Shown: one piece after another, positions 35,931 through 43,086 of the stretch | Numbering within the stretch: the first letter of the stretch is position 1 | How the letters are laid out: each line of letters begins with the position of its first letter | Virus record (IMG/VR): IMGVR_UViG_3300027800_000005 | Direction: 5' to 3' (one strand) | Origin: a virus | Length of the DNA: 50,637 nucleotides | Notes under the pieces: model-generated | Told to the model about the DNA's origin: nothing | The model's database searches: none | The model's input: only the letters and a program-made list of their open reading frames with translations | Made by a program: the position numbers and the translations under genes

Positions 35931-37325
35931 ATGACTATCACACATTCCAAACTCACATCGGACAAATCAAACGTTACCTTACCTGAACTCCAAGGCAGCG
36001 CAAAACAAATTCATTGGGCAGAGTCAATTCGCAGATACTTTCTGATGAACCTGACCAACTTTGAGGACAGCGGATTCAACACAAGAGATACGAAGAATTT
36101 TGTCGATGCAATCCAGACGATGCTTGCTAACAATCCTCTTGCTAAGACTTGGATTGAAAAATACCAGGGTTGCATACCGGAAAAGGCAATTACTACAGTT
36201 CTTGAATATTATCGCGAAACCAAAACTGAGGCTGAAGTGATTATCGAAACTACATGCAAAAAGGGAATTGTTTCTGAGTTATTGATGGCCAAGAAAAATG
36301 GCGAGGGAATTTGCGAGGTTACATACAAGAACAACAACAACGGGAAAGTTACAACTAGTATCAGAAAACAAAATAAGGTTAGTTCTTTTCCAGGGGAAAT
36401 ACTCGTAAACGTAAACACTGACGTTTTTGCATTCATATACAATGGCAACCTCGCTGACAATATCCATTGGGTAGGAAATTACAAACAAAATATCTGGTCG
36501 GAAAATATTACCGAAGAACAGAAAGCGGTTCTTGGCGACCAAGAGAAATTACCGGCACTTGAAGAAACCCAGGGTGAGATATACCACGAGACATTTTCAA
36601 AAATTCTTGCATGCGTACAATCTGACATTCCAGTGTACCTGGTTGGACCTGCAGGTTCTGGTAAAAACCATACACTTGAACAGATTGCTAAGAAGCTCAA
36701 CCTGAAGTTCTTTTTCACCAATAGCATTCAGCAAGAACATAAGCTGACTGGATTCATTGACGCTGGTGGTACCTATCACGAAACAGAGTTCTACAAAGCG
36801 TTTACAAACGGTGGATTATTCTTCTTGGACGAGATGGACGCTAGCATTCCTGAAGTTCTGGTTCTACTCAATGCTGCTATTGCAAATGGTTACTTTGAAT
36901 TTCCTAACGGACGCGCAGAAGCTCACATCGATTTTAGAGTGGTGGCTGCCGGAAATACCATGGGTAGTGGAGCAGACGAACAATACACCGGAAGATTGGT
37001 ACTTGACCAAGCAACACTTGACAGATTCTGCGTAATCGAGTTTGACTACGACATCAGAATTGAGATGAAGCTCGCAAACAATAACATCGAACTGGTTACT
37101 TTCGTACGGGACTTGAGGGTTCAATCGAACAGACTCGGCATCAGAACCACCTATTCATATAGATGCATAATGTCGGCTACGAAGCTCGATGGACTTTTGA
37201 GTATTGACGAAATCATGAAGATTGCAATAGTAAAGGGAATTGATAAAGACACACTTAAAACATACAAAGCTGACGAAACAAACAGATACGGAAAAGCTCT
37301 GGCTAAACTCCAGAGAGTTTCGTAG
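35931..37325 (+). CDS. AAA+ ATPase (AAA_5 / MoxR-CobS-like) with a ~220-aa N-terminal extension.
   Basis: Walker A GPAGSGKN, Walker B LFFLDEMD, and sensor region VVAAGNT...LDQATLDRF. Confidence 0.7.
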   Translation: MTITHSKLTSDKSNVTLPELQGSAKQIHWAESIRRYFLMNLTNFEDSGFNTRDTKNFVDAIQTMLANNPLAKTWIEKYQGCIPEKAITTVLEYYRETKTEAEVIIETTCKKGIVSELLMAKKNGEGICEVTYKNNNNGKVTTSIRKQNKVSSFPGEILVNVNTDVFAFIYNGNLADNIHWVGNYKQNIWSENITEEQKAVLGDQEKLPALEETQGEIYHETFSKILACVQSDIPVYLVGPAGSGKNHTLEQIAKKLNLKFFFTNSIQQEHKLTGFIDAGGTYHETEFYKAFTNGGLFFLDEMDASIPEVLVLLNAAIANGYFEFPNGRAEAHIDFRVVAAGNTMGSGADEQYTGRLVLDQATLDRFCVIEFDYDIRIEMKLANNNIELVTFVRDLRVQSNRLGIRTTYSYRCIMSATKLDGLLSIDEIMKIAIVKGIDKDTLKTYKADETNRYGKALAKLQRVS

Positions 37326-37339
37326 GGAGGAGAATTAAA

Positions 37340-37852
37340 ATGAGTGAAAACAATAATTGCAATCACAAATTTATGACATTTGGAATTGATGGTGGCGAAA
37401 TGACAGACAAAAGCAAGCTGTGGCAAACCAATGAGTATACACACCATGCCGAACACTCTCAATGGGACGGTAGGAAATACTTTACGCTATGCGACCATAA
37501 AGGTGTTGTGATATTGCCACACATATACGATTCAAAACGTGAAACCATTGACATGATTGTAGATGCTCACAATAAATGCTTTGCCGAGCCCTCCAACCCT
37601 CCCCTGACCGAAGAACAAATCAGGGCGATGGTGGGGATGCCGGTGTGGGTTGAGTTTGATGAACCAAAAGAGCGTGGGTATAAGGTGATTTATGCCATAA
37701 AGGACTATACTGATTCAGACGAAAAAGACCACGATGTACACTATATCACCGTGAAATTCACAGACTGTTGCGTCGCTGATATTTGCGACATAAACCATCC
37801 GTATTTTACAGACAGAATCTACGCCCACGAACCGGAGGCAACCAATGAGTAA
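37340..37852 (+). CDS. Hypothetical protein (170 aa).
   Basis: RBS tagggaggag. No motif recognised. Confidence 0.55.
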   Translation: MSENNNCNHKFMTFGIDGGEMTDKSKLWQTNEYTHHAEHSQWDGRKYFTLCDHKGVVILPHIYDSKRETIDMIVDAHNKCFAEPSNPPLTEEQIRAMVGMPVWVEFDEPKERGYKVIYAIKDYTDSDEKDHDVHYITVKFTDCCVADICDINHPYFTDRIYAHEPEATNE

Positions 37853-39029
37853 GATTGCATTATTGCTTGGTTTAGGGTTGTGTAATGGCGGTGCTCAAAC
37901 ATTAGCAAATGAGTGGAGTATAACACTTTCAGAGATTGGTATTGAACATAAGGTTTTCTATTATTCAGGGAAGGCATATGGAAATGAATGCAACAGTGGG
38001 AGAATTGCAGAACATTTTGTTGAGTTTGATAATTTTGTCGAATTAAAAAAAGAGATAGAACAATACGATGTGTGCTTTGTTTTTAGTACACCACTTATTA
38101 ACGACAAAAACCATCAAGATTTTGTTGATATGTTTATCGGACTCAATACCTATAAAATTGTATGCATAATTGATAGGAATAGAAACCCATTAAAATTAAA
38201 ACGGTGGAGCGAAGACGTTGTTAAGTCTGCAGACATTGTTTTTCATATAAGTGGAGAAGAACATAGTGGTTATAAATATATAGCCGAATGCAACAAAAAT
38301 ACTTTTCATGCAGACTTGAACTTGTATAATTGGTTGCCTTTTGAAAATATAGCTTTTGCAGACAAAAGGGGCTACATGAAAATTTCATTTATTGGTCGCT
38401 ATGTGGCACTTAAAGGGTATAAACAACTCATTAAAAATTATGATATGCTCCCAAAGAAATTTGCATATACCATTGAAGGTGGTTACTTTAAGTATCAAGA
38501 GCCAAACAGCATTTCATCTACTATAGGTATTTTAGCAGACATATGCAAAGATATTAAAACAAAAGAGCTAAAAGACGGCATTGTTATTCATTCAGACTAC
38601 AGTAAGTATTATGAAGATATTCTACAAAGAGGACTAATACATTTATATCCAAAGTATAAAAGAGAAGAAATGTTTGGTAGGGTAGCAACATCGCTTTTTA
38701 CGATTTATCCATATTGCAAAAAGCCAGGAATGTTTAGGGGTGCGATTGAATATACCGTTTTGGAGTCCATTCAGTTCGGTACTCCATGTATCTTGTCGAA
38801 TGATTATGGTATTGATTGTTATGTAAATGGCGTTCCTCTAATCGAACAAGATTGCGGCTTAATATTTTATGATAGCTTTACAGAATTGGATGATAAGATT
38901 CGTGAGTACTGCAGGAACTACGACAAGAACGTTGCTAAGATGCAGAAATGGTTTAGCGAGAATTATACTGCAAAAGAGAAATTGAAGAAAGTATTGCAAA
39001 TAATCAGAAAAGAAAAGGTTGACAAATAA
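37845..39029 (+). CDS. GT-B fold glycosyltransferase (GT4-like).
   Basis: The C-terminal region RGAIEYTVLESIQFGTPCILSNDYG resembles the GT4 E-x7-E / nucleotide-sugar binding region. Rossmann-like N-terminal half. Confidence 0.55.
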   Translation: MSKIALLLGLGLCNGGAQTLANEWSITLSEIGIEHKVFYYSGKAYGNECNSGRIAEHFVEFDNFVELKKEIEQYDVCFVFSTPLINDKNHQDFVDMFIGLNTYKIVCIIDRNRNPLKLKRWSEDVVKSADIVFHISGEEHSGYKYIAECNKNTFHADLNLYNWLPFENIAFADKRGYMKISFIGRYVALKGYKQLIKNYDMLPKKFAYTIEGGYFKYQEPNSISSTIGILADICKDIKTKELKDGIVIHSDYSKYYEDILQRGLIHLYPKYKREEMFGRVATSLFTIYPYCKKPGMFRGAIEYTVLESIQFGTPCILSNDYGIDCYVNGVPLIEQDCGLIFYDSFTELDDKIREYCRNYDKNVAKMQKWFSENYTAKEKLKKVLQIIRKEKVDK

Positions 39030-39047
39030 CTTAGTTTTTGATATAAT
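39019..39047 (+). promoter_or_regulatory. Consensus promoter P6, overlapping the glycosyltransferase 3' end.
   Basis: TTGACA 39019-24, 17-bp spacer, TG 39039-40, TATAAT 39042-47. Confidence 0.75.
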
Positions 39048-39084
39048 GGTACTATGAGAAGGCGATTGGGGTTGGTAGTTGCTT

Positions 39085-39597
39085 ATGAAAAGGTCTGGTA
39101 GGTTTTATCGAAAGAATGAAAGTGAGGTTATGAAACAACTTGGTTTTCAACCAACACCAAACAGCGGCTCAGGGTGGATATTCAAAGAGGATGGACAAAC
39201 CGAACATACTATTGCTCAGCTAAAATCGTCTGATGCCGAAAGTATTCGGGTAGGTTTATCAGATATTCACAAACTCGAAGAAAATGCGATTATATCGCAC
39301 AAGAACCCTGTATTTGTAATTCAGTTTTTGAAAACAAATGATGTGTTTATTCTTGTTAGACCGACAGAAGAAATTCTTGGGGTCATTCACAAGCCCATTT
39401 CGTATTCACCTGTTGAACTATACGGAAACGAGAATATAAACCCATTAACTTTGCAATCAGATGCAACCGGGAGACAACAGTTCAATCAAGGCAGAGAACT
39501 GAATTATAAACAGAAAGCAGAAGACTACAAAAGCAAACAAAAAGAATTGAACCTAAAGTTAGGTAAAAAGAAGGAGGGTAATAACCCATGGAAATGA
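39085..39597 (+). CDS. Hypothetical protein, possibly PD-(D/E)XK-like.
   Basis: 170 aa. The NSGSGW.FKEDG.....AQLKS pattern is loosely resolvase/nuclease-like. Weak RBS, start uncertain. Confidence 0.45.
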   Translation: MKRSGRFYRKNESEVMKQLGFQPTPNSGSGWIFKEDGQTEHTIAQLKSSDAESIRVGLSDIHKLEENAIISHKNPVFVIQFLKTNDVFILVRPTEEILGVIHKPISYSPVELYGNENINPLTLQSDATGRQQFNQGRELNYKQKAEDYKSKQKELNLKLGKKKEGNNPWK

Positions 39598-39968
39598 AAA
39601 CTAAACTCATCGGAAAATACGTAGGACATAGCGTTAAAAACAATCAAATAGTTGATTGGAACCTGGCTTGCCAGTATGCACAGTTACCAGAGGTTGTGAG
39701 ATTTACATTAGGTTTAAACGTTGATTGTGAACTCGCAGTTTTGTTTGAAGATTCAGAAAAACCACAGAAACTCGGAACATTCCGAATAAGTGGGATATCT
39801 ATTGACAGAGAAGGCGACAGTAAAATTAAGTTTAATAGCATGACAGAATACATCAACCTTGATATTTTGAATGCTATGTCGAGCCATGGTGATGAAGATA
39901 TTACTATATATGCTAAATATGTTATTGAGAGTGGAGAGGACGGTGGCGGTGATGCCGAAGTCGACTAA
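39588..39968 (+). CDS. Hypothetical protein (126 aa).
   Basis: RBS aaggaggg. Confidence 0.55.
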   Translation: MEMKTKLIGKYVGHSVKNNQIVDWNLACQYAQLPEVVRFTLGLNVDCELAVLFEDSEKPQKLGTFRISGISIDREGDSKIKFNSMTEYINLDILNAMSSHGDEDITIYAKYVIESGEDGGGDAEVD

Positions 39969-40179
39969 CAAACATACATATCAACCTTTGTTTGAGGTTG
40001 CAGATGGCGAGAGCAATGAGATTCATTTTGCATTGAGGGATGACGGAGTCTATATTGTTAGCCGTTGCCAGATACTAAAGGGCGGAGAAAAGATTTATAT
40101 GAGGAGCAGTGTGACGTTAAAGAGAGACGTTGCTATTGCCTTGGCAAACAAGATTTTAGATACTTTCAAAATAAACTAG
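39952..40179 (+). CDS. Hypothetical protein (75 aa).
   Basis: The ATG at 39952 overlaps the upstream gene end. The longer track ORF from 39871 lies inside the upstream gene. Confidence 0.45.
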   Translation: MPKSTNKHTYQPLFEVADGESNEIHFALRDDGVYIVSRCQILKGGEKIYMRSSVTLKRDVAIALANKILDTFKIN

Positions 40180-40191
40180 GAGGCAGAAGCA

Positions 40192-40638
40192 ATGTCAAGG
40201 GGTTTTCTACACAAGGTTGATTATGGCAATCCCGAGAACAGAACGATAAAAGTAAAGATTGATGGTTTAATAGCTGGATATACTTACGAACAAATTTCAC
40301 GGTGGGTTGATAAGTGGACAGACCCGATTCAGTCGATTAGAAATAGCTGGAAGTATCAAGAATGTTATAGAGAGAATTATATGCACATGATGGAGTACAT
40401 TCCAAAAAGGTGTATTTCAAGACTCAGAGTCGAAGCCATTAAAAAAGAGGATATGGTACAGACCGAGAGGGCAAAATATCTTATGCAGGGGTTATCTGAT
40501 TGCATAGATATGTTTAGTAAGATACAGAACAATATGTCACCAGATGATGAGTACTACCAAACTTTTGTGTGGGAAACCAAAGTATTGTTTTTCTCGTTCT
40601 ACGACTTCTGCGAACCAAGGCAGGCAGAAATAAAATAA
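40192..40638 (+). CDS. Hypothetical protein (148 aa).
   Basis: RBS aggaggcagaagcaATG. Confidence 0.6.
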   Translation: MSRGFLHKVDYGNPENRTIKVKIDGLIAGYTYEQISRWVDKWTDPIQSIRNSWKYQECYRENYMHMMEYIPKRCISRLRVEAIKKEDMVQTERAKYLMQGLSDCIDMFSKIQNNMSPDDEYYQTFVWETKVLFFSFYDFCEPRQAEIK

Positions 40639-40657
40639 TATTTTGCAAAAATAAAGG

Positions 40658-40686
40658 TTGACAAAGTGTTTGGTATGTGATACAAT
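40658..40686 (+). promoter_or_regulatory. Consensus promoter P7.
   Basis: TTGACA 40658-63, 17-bp spacer, TG 40678-79, TACAAT 40681-86. The hairpin AGACAG/CUGUCU at 40695-40712 begins 9 nt after the -10 element. Confidence 0.8.
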
Positions 40687-40731
40687 AACTATAGAGACAG
40701 GAGATACTGTCTACTACAGGAGGTTGAAACT

Positions 40732-40893
40732 ATGAAACTACGTAAGATGAAGATTGGCCAACTTAGAGAGATGGCTGCATCACTAGGAGCCGACAAAAAC
40801 AAATTGTACGGCACCTCAAAAGATTCAATCATTTTAACGATTACGCACCTTATGCTTACCGTTAAGTGCAAGGAGGTTGAGAGCAATGGATGA
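40732..40893 (+). CDS. Small protein (53 aa, not in the track) with a helix-extension-helix / SAP-like N-terminus.
   Basis: RBS aggaggttgaaactATG. Sequence MKLRKMKIGQLREMAASLGADKNKLYG.... Confidence 0.55.
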   Translation: MKLRKMKIGQLREMAASLGADKNKLYGTSKDSIILTITHLMLTVKCKEVESNG

Positions 40894-41065
40894 CATGAAA
40901 GAAATTAAGTGTTGCATTTGTGGCACGAAGTTTATTGGTTGGGGTAATAACCCGGAACCAGTCAAGAAAAAAGGCAGATGCTGCAATAATTGCAATCGAG
41001 ATTTTGTTATCCCGGCCAGGATTGCACAGTTGATACAACAAGGAAAAAGACAGGGTAATCCTTAA
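40886..41065 (+). CDS. Zinc-ribbon protein (59 aa).
   Basis: AGGAGG lies 9 nt before the ATG at 40886. CCICG...CCNNC gives a CxxC...CxxC pattern. Confidence 0.55.
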   Translation: MDDMKEIKCCICGTKFIGWGNNPEPVKKKGRCCNNCNRDFVIPARIAQLIQQGKRQGNP

Positions 41066-41068
41066 AAA

Positions 41069-41143
41069 CCCCCTGATGAGCTGATGAGATTTCAGCGAAA
41101 CCTAACCAATTCGTTCCTTCCCATCGAACTGGTTAGGTAGGGG
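41069..41143 (+). ncRNA. Hammerhead ribozyme candidate HH3 (stem-I-open, type I topology). Predicted cleavage after A41139.
   Basis: CCCC, CUGAUGA (41073-79), stem II GCUGA[UGAGAUU]UCAGC, GAAA (41097-100), 12-bp stem III (41101-41137), UA, GGGG (41140-43). Confidence 0.6.
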
Positions 41144-41178
41144 CATGACCCCATTAAAAACTTAAGGAGGAAACCTAA

Positions 41179-41859
41179 ATGGCAAAGAACTATCAGGCAA
41201 GAGAGGCATATAAAATCGTTACCGAATATGCTTCCGGTGAGAACAGAACAAAAGAGAGCCTCAGCTTTCTGAGTCGTTACCCGGCTTTTGCTTCGGCAAT
41301 TCAGAATAAAGACATCGAAAAGATTTTGAATGCCATCCCTTATGCCTCTGCCAGACAGATGGAAAAGGGACTCAGAGGTGGAATTGAGATTTCAGATGTT
41401 GAAGACGATGCTGAATGCGAGACTGAGGCCGAAGTCGCCGTTGAACCTGAGCCTGAACCTGAACCTGTGAAGGCGAAACGTACCAGAAAAACATCGGAAC
41501 CCAAAACCGAACCATTGCCCGAACCGGAACCTGCAGCTGAAGCTGACGCCGAGGAAGATGACGATGCCGAAGACAACGGGAAATACTCTGGTATGAAACC
41601 GAGAGCGTTGTATGACATGTGCATTAAGGCTGGGCTCAAAGCTAAACCGCAGCAAGAAGCGTCTTACTACATCGAGAAACTCGAATACGTCGACAAGAAA
41701 GCTGCTGAAGATGCCGCTGCAAAAGCTTCCAAGAAAAAGGTCGTTACCAAGGAAGATTCAAAAGACGACTGGGATGAAGATGAAGACGACAAACCGGCCA
41801 AGGTCGGAAAGCCCAAGGACAAGGGTGCAAAGGCCAAAGACGACGACTGGGATTTCTAA
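41179..41859 (+). CDS. Highly acidic low-complexity protein with a PEPEPEP linker, a HeH-like module and an SSB-tip-like C-terminus (DDDWDF).
   Basis: 226 aa, RBS taaggagg. The module MKPRALYDMCIKAGLKAKPQQEASYYIEKLEYVD is shared with the C-terminus of the gp32-like ORF. Confidence 0.7.
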   Translation: MAKNYQAREAYKIVTEYASGENRTKESLSFLSRYPAFASAIQNKDIEKILNAIPYASARQMEKGLRGGIEISDVEDDAECETEAEVAVEPEPEPEPVKAKRTRKTSEPKTEPLPEPEPAAEADAEEDDDAEDNGKYSGMKPRALYDMCIKAGLKAKPQQEASYYIEKLEYVDKKAAEDAAAKASKKKVVTKEDSKDDWDEDEDDKPAKVGKPKDKGAKAKDDDWDF

Positions 41860-41897
41860 CATCTGATTATTCAGAATATGGTAGCGTAAAGGCTGTG

Positions 41898-41922
41898 GCC
41901 CCGAGGCCGAGGTTATCGGGGC
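41898..41922 (+). other. GC-rich hairpin between the early region and the packaging module (possible terminator-like or processing structure; no U-tract).
   Basis: GCCCCGA (41898-904) pairs with UCGGGGC (41916-22), with an 11-nt loop. Confidence 0.3.
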
Positions 41923-41963
41923 ATTATCAATATAATAAAACTTAATAGGGAGGGCATAGACCC

Positions 41964-42338
41964 ATGACAATAGCAGAAGTTATAAATTTGAGTTGCGAGA
42001 AACAATCCAGTGCACAACTTTTGCAGAGAGAACTACGTAAGATTCCTTACATCAAAAATAATTCAGATGATGAGGGCAACGTAGACTTCTTTGTTTTAGA
42101 AACAGTTCTTGACAGACTAAGAAACAAAAACCTTTCTGTTAGTTTTATAATGTCGGACCAAGGATATTATGAAATGCTATTGGTGGGTACAGGACAATGG
42201 CGAATTAAAGATAAGAATGGCCATTGCGAACTATACCGAGCTATTGGTACTAAAGCTTACTGCAGAACTATTTATGAATGCATAGCGAAAGCTGTGCTTT
42301 GCCTTTACTTATTTGTAAAGGAGAACAAAAAGGAATAA
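41964..42338 (+). CDS. Hypothetical protein (124 aa).
   Basis: RBS agggaggg. Confidence 0.55.
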   Translation: MTIAEVINLSCEKQSSAQLLQRELRKIPYIKNNSDDEGNVDFFVLETVLDRLRNKNLSVSFIMSDQGYYEMLLVGTGQWRIKDKNGHCELYRAIGTKAYCRTIYECIAKAVLCLYLFVKENKKE

Positions 42339-42357
42339 AGAATGGAGGTTGGTCCTA

Positions 42358-43086
42358 ATGACGAAACAATCAAACAAGAGAACCCATGAACAGACAAATG
42401 AAGATATGGGAGATGCTAAGTCGAAAGTATTCGTTCCGTATACAGAGGACCAACTTTGGGAAATGTCAAGGGATGAGATAAGCGAGACTTTAAACGAGAA
42501 GCAGAGAAGATGGTGCGAGGTTTACGTAAAGTCTTTTAATTCAGAACTTGCAGCAATTAAGGCTGGATATTCAAAAGCATCTGCGTATACTGTTTCTCGC
42601 AGACTACGTAAGCAGTCAAACGTTCTATCATATCTTGCATGGTTAAAGCTTAGAGCAGTAGAGACACTTGATGTTAGACCGATTGATATTCTTGAGCAAT
42701 ATGCTAAAATAGGTTTTGCCGATATCACCGACTATGTTACGTTGAATAAAGGCAGACTCACTCTGGTTGACAGCGATTTAATCGACGGTCAGGTTGTAAA
42801 ATCATATCGTGTAGGACCGCAAGGTACCACCATAGAACTACATGATAAAATGGCTGCATTACACCATCTTGAACAGTTTTTTAGTGAGATGCCAAAAAGT
42901 TGGCAACAAAGACTTGAAGAGAGAAAAATGGAAATACTTGAAGCCAAACTCGTTATGGAGAGAGAGGCTCTTGGAAATACTACAGACAATCAAACAGAAA
43001 CAGGCAGTGCTTTAATCGCAGCATTACGTGGAGTTGCGGTTGATATTTGGAAAGATGAGGGCGATGACCCAGACGGAGATAACTAA
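42358..43086 (+). CDS. terS: Terminase small subunit (Terminase_2-like).
   Basis: QRRWCEVYVKSFNSELAAIKAGYSKASAYTVSRRLRK matches the terS HTH signature. Position is upstream of terL. Confidence 0.8.
   Translation: MTKQSNKRTHEQTNEDMGDAKSKVFVPYTEDQLWEMSRDEISETLNEKQRRWCEVYVKSFNSELAAIKAGYSKASAYTVSRRLRKQSNVLSYLAWLKLRAVETLDVRPIDILEQYAKIGFADITDYVTLNKGRLTLVDSDLIDGQVVKSYRVGPQGTTIELHDKMAALHHLEQFFSEMPKSWQQRLEERKMEILEAKLVMEREALGNTTDNQTETGSALIAALRGVAVDIWKDEGDDPDGDN

Noticed and set aside
41081-41087. A second CUGAUGA inside HH3, and CUGAUGA strings in coding regions (32232-32238 in recA, 36042-36048 in the AAA+ gene).
   Set aside because: The 41081 copy forms one arm of stem II of HH3. The coding-region copies lack a correctly placed GAAA, three helices and a cleavage triplet. 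The recA copy is just a simple hairpin arm.
41440-41560. The short-period repeat (gaacct/gagcct, encoding PEPEPEP) as a possible CRISPR-like or satellite repeat.
   Set aside because: It is in frame within a well-supported ORF and encodes a low-complexity acidic linker. There is no repeat-spacer organisation, and no CRISPR array is present anywhere in the window.
41931-41936. TATAAT hexamer at 41931-41936 as an additional promoter for the packaging module.
   Set aside because: There is no TTGACA-like -35 at 17 +/- 1 bp and no TG extension, unlike the ten strong promoters. It is probably chance in AT-rich DNA.
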